This document shows positions 50,189 to 60,128 of a DNA stretch of 64,000 bases, one piece after another. The stretch comes from a virus. Its lineage: Duplodnaviria; Caudoviricetes. The stretch covers positions 31,238 to 95,237 of the IMG/VR virus record IMGVR_UViG_3300021256_000078; one strand, given 5' to 3'. The notes beneath the pieces are model-generated. The model was given only the letters and a program-made list of their open reading frames with translations. It had not been told where the DNA came from and ran no database searches. Positions within the stretch are counted from its first letter, which is position 1. Every line of letters starts with the position of its first letter. The translations under genes and the position numbers were made by a program.

Positions 50189-51895
50189 TTATTTGTTTAA
50201 TTGGTCAACAAGTTTCTGAAGTTCTCCTTCATATTCCTGCTGTGCTTTCTGCATGGCCCGCTGCGCAGATGCCCGTTCCTGTCCGGAAGAGCTTGAGCTG
50301 TTCAGAAGTCTGTTGTACTCCCGCTGCGCGTTCAGATATGCATCATCGGCCGTTTCCAGCTTTTTGGTGTCAATGCCGCTGTTGGAAGCCAGATTCATGA
50401 GATACTGGGCGCTGACCTTGGAAGCATCGATCTTCGGTCTACTTCCGGAAGAACCAGCTGAACCGGTGACGCGACTGGCAATCTGCTCCGTTCTGGCCCC
50501 TTCAGTACCGAGGTCAAATGACCGATCAGAAGTGTCATCGGAACCAGTTTTCTCTTCGGCCTTGGTTTTCTCATCAGACCTGGAAGCCGGCTTGGAATCC
50601 TGTTTTGTCCCGCTGTTCTTGTCGGTAGTACCCTCATCGGCAGCTTTGGTTTCCGCTTCCGGAATCTTCGCATGTTTCCGGATATAATCATCAATCCACT
50701 TCTGTCCGGTTGGGCCCTGCATGTCGGGATGCCTGAGGTTTCCGTCAATGATGTTCAGGGTCTTCTCATCCAGACCGTACTTCTTGCCGAGATTCTGGCG
50801 TTCTTCGATGGAAAGAGACCGGTCGCTGTTCGCAGCGATCTTTCTGATTTCCTGAATGGCTGCCTCATCCGGTTTTGAAGTCTTCTCTGAATTCTTAGGG
50901 CTTGCCTTTGCGGAGTTCTTCGAAGTGCTATCATTCTTGGAGAATTCCCCTTCGGCACCGGATACGATCTTGGTCTTACTCTCTTCTGCGGATTCAGCAT
51001 GCGCATTCTCGTGAGCCTGATCGTTCTTTAGTTTTCTGGATTCTGCTCTCGCATCTTCTTTTTCAGACTCTTCGGACTTCGGCTGTTCATGAGCCTGGGT
51101 ATTTTTCAGCTGCCTGGATTCCGCCCTCGCATCTTCCTTCATAGCCTCTTCGCTCTTGGCCTCATTCTCAGTCTGAGTGTGGGCCTGAGCATTCTTCAGC
51201 TGTCTGGATTCCGCCATCGCATCTTCTTTTTTAGACTCTTCAGATTCCATAGAACGACGTTTAGACCAGCCTTCTTTCGGTGTTCCGCCTGCTGTAAGCT
51301 CTCGTCCGTACCGTTCGATCGTATCCTCATTTTTGGGCTTTGCGGAACGGCTCTGAGCCTTCTTTTCAGCGAACTTCTCGCTTCGTGCAGTTTCGGCGCT
51401 TAAACTGTCCGCTTTCTTTCGATTCTCACGTTCATCTGCCTTGCGGCGAAGATTCTCTATGGAATTCGAAATCGAAGAAACTACCTTTTCGCCATACTTC
51501 TTTGCTCTGGCCGTAGTCTGTTCAGCTCGTCCAAGGGGGGTGCTGTCATAAGCTTCTCGTGCGGCATCGAGTTCGCGATTCCGTTTACGGCGGTTCAGGA
51601 AATTGGCATTGTTCGCCCGTTCCTGAGCTCTCTGAAGATTGTTCCTGGCCGTAATGCCCGTGACATTTTTGACAGCCGTGACCCCCTGATTGTAATAAGC
51701 CTTCAGTTCTTCCGGAGTATAGAAATATCTGTATCCACGGCGTTCCTGAATTCTTGCAATGTACTTGTGGTTCCTTGATTGAGTACCTCTCTGTCTCCCG
51801 GATACGGCATTACCGCCGCTGTCAAACATTCCGGCATGACAGATATAAGGTTGGCCATCTCTGTCTACCAGTATCTTATAGTCATAGTCGTACAT
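50189..51895 (-). CDS. low-complexity charged protein, candidate internal head protein
   Basis: N-terminus paralogous to 51918-53120; three KEDA.AESR.LKN.QAH repeats. Confidence 0.7.
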   Translation of the reverse strand: MYDYDYKILVDRDGQPYICHAGMFDSGGNAVSGRQRGTQSRNHKYIARIQERRGYRYFYTPEELKAYYNQGVTAVKNVTGITARNNLQRAQERANNANFLNRRKRNRELDAAREAYDSTPLGRAEQTTARAKKYGEKVVSSISNSIENLRRKADERENRKKADSLSAETARSEKFAEKKAQSRSAKPKNEDTIERYGRELTAGGTPKEGWSKRRSMESEESKKEDAMAESRQLKNAQAHTQTENEAKSEEAMKEDARAESRQLKNTQAHEQPKSEESEKEDARAESRKLKNDQAHENAHAESAEESKTKIVSGAEGEFSKNDSTSKNSAKASPKNSEKTSKPDEAAIQEIRKIAANSDRSLSIEERQNLGKKYGLDEKTLNIIDGNLRHPDMQGPTGQKWIDDYIRKHAKIPEAETKAADEGTTDKNSGTKQDSKPASRSDEKTKAEEKTGSDDTSDRSFDLGTEGARTEQIASRVTGSAGSSGSRPKIDASKVSAQYLMNLASNSGIDTKKLETADDAYLNAQREYNRLLNSSSSSGQERASAQRAMQKAQQEYEGELQKLVDQLNK

Positions 51896-51917
51896 ACATA
51901 CTCCTCCTGACTACAAG

Positions 51918-53120
51918 TTACTTTTTGCGAAGAAAGCTGGTAAGTTCTTTAAACTGGTCCGGTGAAAGGAATTCTTTCGCCTGTTTCAATGCATCCTGAG
52001 CTGCCTTCTGCGCGTTCTCGAGGGTCTCCTGAGCTTTCTTTCCGGTATTGCTCGCTCTTCCGCCGAGAGAATTGTCATAAGCATTCTGGGCGTCAACAAA
52101 ATCGCCGATTGCACCGTCAAGACCCATCAGGGCTGCCTGCTGAGCCTGAGATGCGGCTTTCTTCTGGTTGGAGCCTGTCACATTGCCGGCCTGCTCTCTG
52201 ACATCATCTGCAGTATCTTCAATGTTTTTGCGAATATCATCGCGAAGCTTCTCGGCTCTGCTTGCGAGATTACCGACTGCTTCCCGTGCCGACCCTGCGG
52301 CATCTCTGACTCTGTCATCAAGCTCGCCGACCTTCTCACGAGCGTCCCTGACCGCATTTTCAGCTTTGCCGAGAGCCGTATTGTCATAGGCTTCCTGACG
52401 CTTCTTGCGGTTGAAGATATTGGCGTTCTCAAGATCTTCACGCTCGTCAAAACCGAGACGATCTTTTGCATTGTCAACAGCACCGCGGGCTTTATCACTG
52501 ACCGTACCGGCACCTTTGCGCAGCTCTTCACGCATACGTTCGGTTTTGGACTTCAGATTGGAACCAAATTCTCCGCTTTTCTCGCGAAGACCTTTGACCG
52601 CATTTTCAGCTTTGCCGAGAGCTGTGTTGTCATAGGCTTCCTTACGTTTCTTGCGGTTGAAGATATTGGCGTTCTCAAGATCCTCACGCTCGTCAAAGCC
52701 GAGACGATCTTTTGCATTGTCAACAGCACCGCGGGCTTTGGTTCTCAGTCCGGCAGTTGCAGATGATGCCTTGTCAAGCGCCCCACGAGCTGTCTTTTCA
52801 GCTCTGCCGAGAGCCGTATTGTCATAGGCTTCCTGACGCTTCTTGCGGTTGAAGATATTGGCGTTCTCAAGATTCTTTCTTGCCGTGATTCCGGTGGCAT
52901 CTTCAACCTTTTTTCTGCCACCGCGATAATAATTCTCAAGTTCCTGCTTGGTGTAGAAATACAGATATTTACCTTTATCTGCAATTCTGGCAAGGTACTT
53001 GTGGTTTTCTCTCTGAGAACCCTTCTGGGTTCCGCCTTTGTTACCGCCAAAGATGCCGGCATGGCAAATCACTGGACGGCCGTCACGGTCAACAGTGACG
53101 ATGTAGTCATAGTCTCTCAT
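51918..53120 (-). CDS. repeat-rich helical protein, candidate internal head protein
   Basis: LENANIFNRKKR.EAYDNTALG.AE three times, with near-identical DNA repeats. Confidence 0.7.
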   Translation of the reverse strand: MRDYDYIVTVDRDGRPVICHAGIFGGNKGGTQKGSQRENHKYLARIADKGKYLYFYTKQELENYYRGGRKKVEDATGITARKNLENANIFNRKKRQEAYDNTALGRAEKTARGALDKASSATAGLRTKARGAVDNAKDRLGFDEREDLENANIFNRKKRKEAYDNTALGKAENAVKGLREKSGEFGSNLKSKTERMREELRKGAGTVSDKARGAVDNAKDRLGFDEREDLENANIFNRKKRQEAYDNTALGKAENAVRDAREKVGELDDRVRDAAGSAREAVGNLASRAEKLRDDIRKNIEDTADDVREQAGNVTGSNQKKAASQAQQAALMGLDGAIGDFVDAQNAYDNSLGGRASNTGKKAQETLENAQKAAQDALKQAKEFLSPDQFKELTSFLRKK

Positions 53121-53162
53121 GAACTCATTCCTTCCATTTTGAAATTAAAAAGCTGATCAAAA

Positions 53163-53786
53163 TCAGTCAACCGTAACATGCTGACGGCGCTTGTCTGCCC
53201 GCACAGTATCGAGATAGGTTTGTTCATACATGGCCCGTCCGCGATCGCCTTTTGTCATGGGCGTAAAGACCGTCACAACCGGAGCCGCTGTCAGAGTACT
53301 GAGTGCTACACTTCCTACATTAGCAAGGGCAATGCCGACCATTTGCCCGCCAGTCATAACTTTCTCATTAATTCTGCCGTTTTTGTCGTACTTAATGTCG
53401 GAAATGGCCTCATCGCCGTACTTTTTCTTAAGCTTTGCAGCATGAGCTTTGACTGCTTTATTGGACAGATCGGCCTGCTCATGAAGCTTTCGATTGGTCT
53501 CTTTCTCATAGTTCAGACGGTCCAGACTCTGCGTGTCGAGTTTTCGATCGTATCGCTTCTGGGCTCTGGCGAGCCGTTTGTCAGAATATCTTGAGGCCCG
53601 TTCGGCATCGGTAGCATAGCGTCCTTTTTCGAAAGCTTCCTTATTGTCTGCTTTATATTCAGACCTGGCCCGTTTCTTTCCTTCCGATGTCAGAGACCCA
53701 TCGGCGTTCTGAAACCGTCTGACACCCCACTTCTGACCTCGGATACCGTAATGCGCCAGATAGTTCTGATTGTCATATTGAGGCAT
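53163..53786 (-). CDS. H.GI.GQKWG-motif protein
   Basis: LAHYGIRGQKWGVRRFQNADGSLT. Confidence 0.75.
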   Translation of the reverse strand: MPQYDNQNYLAHYGIRGQKWGVRRFQNADGSLTSEGKKRARSEYKADNKEAFEKGRYATDAERASRYSDKRLARAQKRYDRKLDTQSLDRLNYEKETNRKLHEQADLSNKAVKAHAAKLKKKYGDEAISDIKYDKNGRINEKVMTGGQMVGIALANVGSVALSTLTAAPVVTVFTPMTKGDRGRAMYEQTYLDTVRADKRRQHVTVD

Positions 53787-53867
53787 GGTTCAGCCTCCTT
53801 CTGAAAAATAGGTATAAAAAATCCGCCTGCCCCATTTGAGGTAGACGGTTGGGAATGATATATTTTC

Positions 53868-54578
53868 TTATTTCTTCAATTTATTCAGAAACCGATTCAG
53901 CACCTTTCCGGCTGTATGCGTGGCACTGTTCAATAGCCCACTTGAATCATCAGTTGTAGCCGAAACATTTATCACGGATGCTTTGCTCCGAATCTGTCGA
54001 GACAGCGCGTCAGGATCAATCGTCTTGAAATATCTTTTGTTATCCGCAAGATATGACAGCCAAGCGTCTCCGCACTGTTCGACAAAATAACTGTCCGATC
54101 CATATGCATCACGCACTTTGGTATAGACTGCTTTGTAAATCATATTCGGCGTTTCTAGGTCCTGCGATGCAGTTTCGGCCATTTTCATTTCATTTATAGG
54201 TATGTTGTAATCTCTCGCAATACCTTCCAGATGTTTTTTGATAAGCTTATAGAAATTCTCCGTGTCGTCAAGAATATCAATTATGCAGGCACTGACTGCT
54301 TCATCAGGATCATCGTAATCATCCGCGTGTTCAATAAGCGTATCGATGATTTCTTCTGCGCATTTACATTTCAGACCGGCGACTTCCGACATTCTTCTGG
54401 CACCGCCATCGCTCAGCAAGATCTGACTGCACCGACTCCGATAGTACATGGTACGAGCATAAAGATTCTCAGGTGCTACATCCAGTATTTTGCGATAGTA
54501 AAAAGCCGCCTCTGAATATCTCCCGTCATCGAAACTCGAATCTGCCTTATCTCTGTATGCTTGATAACTGTCTGACAT
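53868..54578 (-). CDS. TPR-like moron protein
   Basis: TPR-like N-terminus; own promoter and terminator. Confidence 0.65.
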   Translation of the reverse strand: MSDSYQAYRDKADSSFDDGRYSEAAFYYRKILDVAPENLYARTMYYRSRCSQILLSDGGARRMSEVAGLKCKCAEEIIDTLIEHADDYDDPDEAVSACIIDILDDTENFYKLIKKHLEGIARDYNIPINEMKMAETASQDLETPNMIYKAVYTKVRDAYGSDSYFVEQCGDAWLSYLADNKRYFKTIDPDALSRQIRSKASVINVSATTDDSSGLLNSATHTAGKVLNRFLNKLKK

Positions 54579-54610
54579 GACACGACCATCCTCTCCATAT
54601 GATATATGCA

Positions 54611-54639
54611 ATCATATCATACTGGATAAGAAATATCAA
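54611..54639 (-). promoter_or_regulatory. sigmaA-type promoter TTGATA-17-TATGAT with extended TG
   Basis: Exact 17-bp spacer, followed by a GGAGAGG RBS. Confidence 0.65.
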
Positions 54640-54656
54640 TTGTTCATGTCCTAATA

Positions 54657-56402
54657 TCATTCGAACATGTCGCGGTTAGCCTTATACGCAATATAGGCGT
54701 CCATCAGGGCCGAGACATTATCGATTTTTTCCTGTCTGCGCTTTTTCATCAGTTTCCGGTTTCCGTTGGTGTCTTCGATCGCAACACAGTGTGCCATGCA
54801 GAATGACATAATCTCTTCGTCAAACAACAATTCCCGTCGTTCTGCAAAGATTTTCAGTTCTCCAAGTGGCACAGATTCGGTCTTTACTCCCTGCGGCACT
54901 TTTTCAATTCCGTACGGCCCGTTATCGATCTCCCACCTGTTCACGAATACGGCTGCATTATACGGGTCATAACCGAGGCACATGACGTTGTATTTTCTAT
55001 CGTCAATGAATCGATACAGGTCCTCATATACTTCGCCGATATCCAGAACTGTGGAATCCATAACGACCATGGAACCCTCGCGGATGAACTTATCGTATTC
55101 CCCGCGAAGAGCCGGAGGAAGTTTCTTATAAGTAATCCCGGTAATATAGCTTCTTGCCTTAATACCGAAGCCGACACCCGGAATTGGAAACAGAAATGTA
55201 AATGCACAGAAATCGTCGCCGAGGGAAAGGTCTGCCCCAAGTGCGCAGGTCATTCCATTGAAGTTCTGCATGCGGTGGGGTTTGGTTTCCTCGTACGTAA
55301 AGAAATAGGTATAGCCCTCCATGGCCAGGCCGAAACGCTTCGCCAGAATATCATTCCGGTTGGACGGCGACTTCTCGCTGCGTTCCTTTTCGTCCTTATA
55401 AGTTTCATAACTGACAGTCGCTCCAATGTTCGGATTAGCCTTCACCCAGAGGGACGGGATCTCAAGCTCCCGATCACTGTCCAGTTTATACCACCAGATC
55501 GACACATGCGGATTGTAGTACTCCCCGTGCAGAATCTTCTTGAGCTCGATTTTGATGTCATCGCCAGCTCCGTTTCGAACTGTTCCTTCAGAGCTTGTCG
55601 CGATAATCAGCCAGTTGTCAACCTTGGCAGCTCCCTGCTCAAGAGCTCCGATGACATCCTCACGGATATCGCCCGAGAGCCATTCGTCTACGCTGGCATA
55701 CTTACATCTTGCGCCCTGAAGCTTGTCAATTCGCATCGGGCGGGATTCAAGAAGCGATTCGCTGATGAAATTCTCAATGCCTTTTTTCGTTGAGGCAATT
55801 TTAACTCTGTCCGCTTTGTTTCCGGTCGTGTTCTGCAGCGATCCTTCCGTCATGAATTTCATGACCGGACCTTTTGCTTTCGAGATGGCAACCTTAAGCG
55901 GCAGAAGTGTTTCTTCGGACTGTCTGATTGTAGGGGCGGTCACAATCTGATCGGTGGTTTCCGGATCCATTACCAGACCGTAAGCCTGCTGACAGGTGCA
56001 GTATAGACTTTTGGCGGCTCCGCGTCCGACAATCAGATACTGTTTGTTCCGAAGACGCTTTTTGATCTTTCGGAGTTCGAAGTGTCCTCCCGGTCCATAC
56101 TGATTCGGAACCCATACGGATCGTTCCGTAAAGTAAAACCAGCTCAGAACGTCTTCAGCCCACAGTTTAAAGGAGTCTAGAAGAATCAGATCCCCGCCGT
56201 CGGTAAGGGTCAGTTCCTTTTCGCAGAAATTGATCCATCCGTCCATAACCTGATCATCATAATAGAATCTGGGATCCAGAATCAGATTGTCGATGAGATT
56301 CATCTGGTCGGCGATCTCCCTGCAGACGGGAATCTCTCTTCGCAGTACGGCGTCTCGAAACGCGCCGTAGTATTTCGGAGTGGCGGTATTCGATAACGAC
56401 AT
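54657..56402 (-). CDS. terL: terminase large subunit
   Basis: GRGAAKS Walker A, SVDEW Walker B, GADLS, YDPYN, KIDNVSALMDA. Confidence 0.95.
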   Translation of the reverse strand: MSLSNTATPKYYGAFRDAVLRREIPVCREIADQMNLIDNLILDPRFYYDDQVMDGWINFCEKELTLTDGGDLILLDSFKLWAEDVLSWFYFTERSVWVPNQYGPGGHFELRKIKKRLRNKQYLIVGRGAAKSLYCTCQQAYGLVMDPETTDQIVTAPTIRQSEETLLPLKVAISKAKGPVMKFMTEGSLQNTTGNKADRVKIASTKKGIENFISESLLESRPMRIDKLQGARCKYASVDEWLSGDIREDVIGALEQGAAKVDNWLIIATSSEGTVRNGAGDDIKIELKKILHGEYYNPHVSIWWYKLDSDRELEIPSLWVKANPNIGATVSYETYKDEKERSEKSPSNRNDILAKRFGLAMEGYTYFFTYEETKPHRMQNFNGMTCALGADLSLGDDFCAFTFLFPIPGVGFGIKARSYITGITYKKLPPALRGEYDKFIREGSMVVMDSTVLDIGEVYEDLYRFIDDRKYNVMCLGYDPYNAAVFVNRWEIDNGPYGIEKVPQGVKTESVPLGELKIFAERRELLFDEEIMSFCMAHCVAIEDTNGNRKLMKKRRQEKIDNVSALMDAYIAYKANRDMFE

Positions 56403-56430
56403 ACTTGTTTTCTCCCATTTTGAATTTTAA

Positions 56431-57606
56431 TTAGCGATCATCGCGGGTTTCATCCATGTAATCTTCGAAATCATTTGGAAACCAGCTTTGAGCGTCTGCC
56501 CAACGTCCCTGATTAATAAGATCCTTAAAGAACTCGTTCTTGGTCCAGGCCCCGGTGTACTCGCGTCTTCCACCTTTGTTTCCTTTGTTACCCTTTCGTT
56601 GAGCTTCGGCCTCGCGCTCGGCTTTCCCTTGCGTGGTTCTGTCATGAACGCTGTCGCTGTTCCTCTGATAATTGAGCCAGTCTCGAACAGCATCAGGATG
56701 CAAATTCGGAAGATTCCGTTCAACTTCATCAGGATTCATGTGATTGGCAAGCCAAATTCTGCTTTCATCTTTGTAGTCCTGATCTTCTCGACGCTTGCGA
56801 TCTTCGAATTCTTTATTTTGTTGTGCTTCTTCTTCCCTGGCTTCCTTACGTGCCCGTTTGTTTTTATTATCAGCACTGTAATAATCTAAACGGTCTTTAG
56901 TACTGAGAACATCGCCGATTGCACGCATGTCATCTACGGAAAGCTCTCCCTTATTATACATGTTGATGAGTTCATCACCATTTTTATTGGAAAGCTTTCT
57001 ATAAAGATCACTACGATCTGCCTTCTCACCGAACCTTTGCATTTTCTTGCCATTCGGGAATACTCCCATGTCAACAAATGCATTATTAACTTCCGCAATA
57101 TTGTTATACACATTCTTGCCGGTTTGATAAAAACCGTTTACTGTTTGAAAGGCAGTCGATGCATTCTTCATCATACCTTGCAGAGTGTTCAAATTTCTCT
57201 GATTCTCAGCCTGTGAGATATCCTTCAATCTTTTGTCAAACTGAACGTTCCGCATGATTTCATCCACTTCGGCAGGTTTCAGCTCCTTGCGGTGCCTATA
57301 CATCTGCTCCGGATGATCGCGGTAATAGTCCATCCGCTTCTGTTTTTCAGCGGCTTCTTTTTCGGCTTTTTTTGCCTCAGCTTTTTCAGCTCGTTTGCTC
57401 TTTGCCATATCGACGAGCTTTTTAACGCTGCTCTCTTTCTTGTTTCCTTTTGGATTCAGAGAGTAACCGAGGTGCTTACGACCCTCAGCCGTGAGAGAGC
57501 CGTCAAGGTTCTGGTATCTTCGCTGTCCCCACTTCTGGCCCTTGATTCCATGATGGGACAGGTAGTTATCATAATGAGCTGTCACAGCGTCTGCCCTCAC
57601 TTTCAT
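56431..57606 (-). CDS. H.GI.GQKWG-motif protein
   Basis: LSHHGIKGQKWGQRRYQNLDGSLT. Confidence 0.75.
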   Translation of the reverse strand: MKVRADAVTAHYDNYLSHHGIKGQKWGQRRYQNLDGSLTAEGRKHLGYSLNPKGNKKESSVKKLVDMAKSKRAEKAEAKKAEKEAAEKQKRMDYYRDHPEQMYRHRKELKPAEVDEIMRNVQFDKRLKDISQAENQRNLNTLQGMMKNASTAFQTVNGFYQTGKNVYNNIAEVNNAFVDMGVFPNGKKMQRFGEKADRSDLYRKLSNKNGDELINMYNKGELSVDDMRAIGDVLSTKDRLDYYSADNKNKRARKEAREEEAQQNKEFEDRKRREDQDYKDESRIWLANHMNPDEVERNLPNLHPDAVRDWLNYQRNSDSVHDRTTQGKAEREAEAQRKGNKGNKGGRREYTGAWTKNEFFKDLINQGRWADAQSWFPNDFEDYMDETRDDR

Positions 57607-57613
57607 AGTAGAC

Positions 57614-57665
57614 TTTTGAGAGATCCTGAAAGAAACTATTCAGAACTCATCAGGATCTCTCAAAA
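57614..57665. terminator. 16-bp perfect inverted repeat closing the accessory module
   Basis: TTTTGAGAGATCCTGA / TCAGGATCTCTCAAAA. Confidence 0.55.
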
Positions 57666-57672
57666 AGTTCTA

Positions 57673-58266
57673 TTAATCGGACATGCCTGCGGCACGAATC
57701 ATTCTGATGTACTTCCTGAGTTCCTGACGTTCATAGTCAGATTCGCTGGAGTCCATCATGTGTTCAAGCTGCTCAACTGCTCTGTCGCTTACGCTGTGGC
57801 GACTGTATCCACGATCTCTCATGGGCATATCCCCGCCGTAGTAATACGGATCGCAGTAGCTGGCATTCATATGCTGAACCGGATACCCCGGAAGATCGGA
57901 GTAACCGTTCATCATGGAGTTTCCGTCGTGTGATGCATACCATCCGCCGATACCATACCGCGGTCTTCCGGAACCGCCATTTTCGTAAGAGCCATTGGAA
58001 CCGTTCTGTCCATAGGATCTTCCGTTTGCGGTATTCCAGCCATAGCTTCCATGGCGGCGGTAAGAGGATCTCTCAGAATACATGTCATCAGTATTCTTGT
58101 AATCCCCTGCCTCACAGTCTTCAATCTCTTCGCAAAGTGTTTTACGAAGCTCCATCCCGTCAAGTGCAGCTTTGGTCTCGGCGGGAGTCAGATCGCCCTT
58201 TTGGAAGAGCTCTTCAAGGCATCTTTCGACCGTAGTCTTTGCCTTTTTCATGGATTCAACTTCCAT
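57673..58266 (-). CDS. Tyr/Gly/Ser-rich low-complexity protein
   Basis: Helical termini around an SYG-rich core. Confidence 0.75.
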   Translation of the reverse strand: MEVESMKKAKTTVERCLEELFQKGDLTPAETKAALDGMELRKTLCEEIEDCEAGDYKNTDDMYSERSSYRRHGSYGWNTANGRSYGQNGSNGSYENGGSGRPRYGIGGWYASHDGNSMMNGYSDLPGYPVQHMNASYCDPYYYGGDMPMRDRGYSRHSVSDRAVEQLEHMMDSSESDYERQELRKYIRMIRAAGMSD

Positions 58267-58284
58267 TTTGAATTTCCTCCCGCT

Positions 58285-58737
58285 TTATTTCTTAATGACG
58301 AGATTTGCATTTGAGACCAGAATCGGAATCTCGCTGATGTTTCGGATGCTGAAGCTTTCGCAGCAGCAGAGCCAGATTGGAACGTTGGTCGCCCTCGAGA
58401 TATTAAAAAACTGCTCAACCGCGGCAGGGGTCACCGTCATAGTGGTTCCGGCAAGTGTGGCACCTTCAAGCGCAAAGGCCACGCTGATTGGACCGACTGC
58501 TTCTCCTGTCGGAATGGCAATGTTCGCACCGAAGTCAACCATATAGTCGACTGACGGATAGCCCATGCACGGACACCGACGCATGAAAGTGTTTCCGTTC
58601 GAGCCCTTAATCAGGAAGAGTCCACTATCCTCACGATGGAGGATCAGGCCCTTGTAGCAAGGACGATTGGTTTCCGTAAAGAGGATGGACTCTCCTGGAT
58701 TGACCGTCTGTACAGCCACGCTAGTCCATTCAGCCAT
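58285..58737 (-). CDS. beta-sandwich protein, possibly BclA-CTD/C1q-like
   Basis: QTVNPGESILF...YMVDFGANI...CCCESFSIRN...NANLVI pattern. Confidence 0.55.
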   Translation of the reverse strand: MAEWTSVAVQTVNPGESILFTETNRPCYKGLILHREDSGLFLIKGSNGNTFMRRCPCMGYPSVDYMVDFGANIAIPTGEAVGPISVAFALEGATLAGTTMTVTPAAVEQFFNISRATNVPIWLCCCESFSIRNISEIPILVSNANLVIKK

Positions 58738-58749
58738 CGTGGCACCTCC

Positions 58750-59574
58750 TTATGCTCCGCAGGCACAACCGAAGTTCTGAGTGCAGCAGTTCGGGTTCTG
58801 AACAACGTAAGCGGGACGAGGAGTCGGCAGAACATACTGCTCAACCTCATTCGCAAGCGCCCTCTGACCGGCCATGATCTGGGCAGTCTGATCATTCTGG
58901 GAAGCTCTGCGGTTGGCCTCATTGAGGGCCGCCTGAAGCTCCGCAATCTGAGCATTCTTTCCGTCCAGCTCAAGCTGGCAGATCTTGCTCATCACGCCGT
59001 CAATCTTCGCACTGAAGGAATCCACCAGTCTCTGCGTATTGGCATTGTCGGCCATCAGGAGGTCACGGAGGCCTTCGTTCATAGCGGTTCTGTCTGCGCA
59101 GTTTTCGGTGGCCACGGTATACTTCAGATCGGCAAGTCCTGCGCGATTTTCGCAACAGCAATTCTGAAGATTCATGGCAAGGCCGTTCATCGCGGCAGTG
59201 GATGCGGCCTGGTTGGTGTTCAGGGTCTGGAGGATGTTCATATTGGCATTGCAGCGGGAAACTTCCGCATTGGCAAAGCCAGTAGAAACACCAGTGCTGA
59301 TTCCGTTCAGAGCGCCCATAATGGCGGACTGATCGAACCCGCGCTGAACTTCATTGCCCTGCTGGTTGCCCATCATGCCGCCCATCATCCAGGGCATCAT
59401 GCCTCCACCGAAGCCGAAACCGTTGCCCCAGCCATTATTGGTGAACAGCAGAAGAATGATCAGCCACCAGAGACCGTTGTTTCCAAAGCCGAAACCGTCA
59501 TTTGCGCCTCCGCCGTACATCGGCGCTACAGGCATCGTGAAACTGGTACCATTTGTATTCTCGGAATACGACAT
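58750..59574 (-). CDS. Gly-rich, hydrophobic-segment, Cys-cluster coiled-coil protein
   Basis: GLWWLIILLLF flanked by GFG repeats; long heptads; CCC and terminal CC..CAC. Confidence 0.8.
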   Translation of the reverse strand: MSYSENTNGTSFTMPVAPMYGGGANDGFGFGNNGLWWLIILLLFTNNGWGNGFGFGGGMMPWMMGGMMGNQQGNEVQRGFDQSAIMGALNGISTGVSTGFANAEVSRCNANMNILQTLNTNQAASTAAMNGLAMNLQNCCCENRAGLADLKYTVATENCADRTAMNEGLRDLLMADNANTQRLVDSFSAKIDGVMSKICQLELDGKNAQIAELQAALNEANRRASQNDQTAQIMAGQRALANEVEQYVLPTPRPAYVVQNPNCCTQNFGCACGA

Positions 59575-59888
59575 CTTTCATCTTGTCCTTTCGCAAGTAG
59601 TCCGGTGTTTGTGAGGTTCGTTATTCAGCTCTCTAGAAAAGCTTTAAGAACCATCACAAACTTTTCGTTTATACTTTTTATTCAAAAACGGATGAGGTTA
59701 GCTACTCCTCACCCGCTTCGAACCGCTGTAAAACTTCAGCCCGGCAAAATACCGGACTGTCAGTTAATCGAAATACATTGCATTGACGCTCAGACTAAAA
59801 ATAAAAGAAATTCCGCCAGAAATGCGAATCCTCTGTATTTTCATAAAACTGGCGTCGGGGTTTCTTCCTGGCGGAATTCAGGCAAATA

Positions 59889-60128
59889 TCAGTGCTGCTC
59901 CTCGGAAGGAAACTCTTCCTCCATCATGGCCTGCTGTTCTTTGTAATACTGTGTAGAACTGAGCTTGAGGACAGCACCCAGGAACAGGTCGATCGCCGAC
60001 AGAGTCCCTACAATCTCTTCGCCATATGGAAATCCCCAGATCTTTGAAAGCGCCAGATACAGAGAGCCAAGGGCCGGCAGCAGAATCTGTGCGACAAATT
60101 TCAAAACATCATAGACTTTATTACTCAT
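59889..60128 (-). CDS. holin (Dp-1-like)
   Basis: MSNKVYDVLKFVAQILLPALG.LY..L..IWGFPY; two TM helices. Confidence 0.88.
   Translation of the reverse strand: MSNKVYDVLKFVAQILLPALGSLYLALSKIWGFPYGEEIVGTLSAIDLFLGAVLKLSSTQYYKEQQAMMEEEFPSEEQH

Noticed and set aside
54657-56402. Intein or intron in the terminase
   Set aside because: Ordinary length, continuous motifs, no splicing signatures
58636-59946. 436-aa + strand ORF
   Set aside because: Antisense to well-supported - strand genes, with no protein-like features
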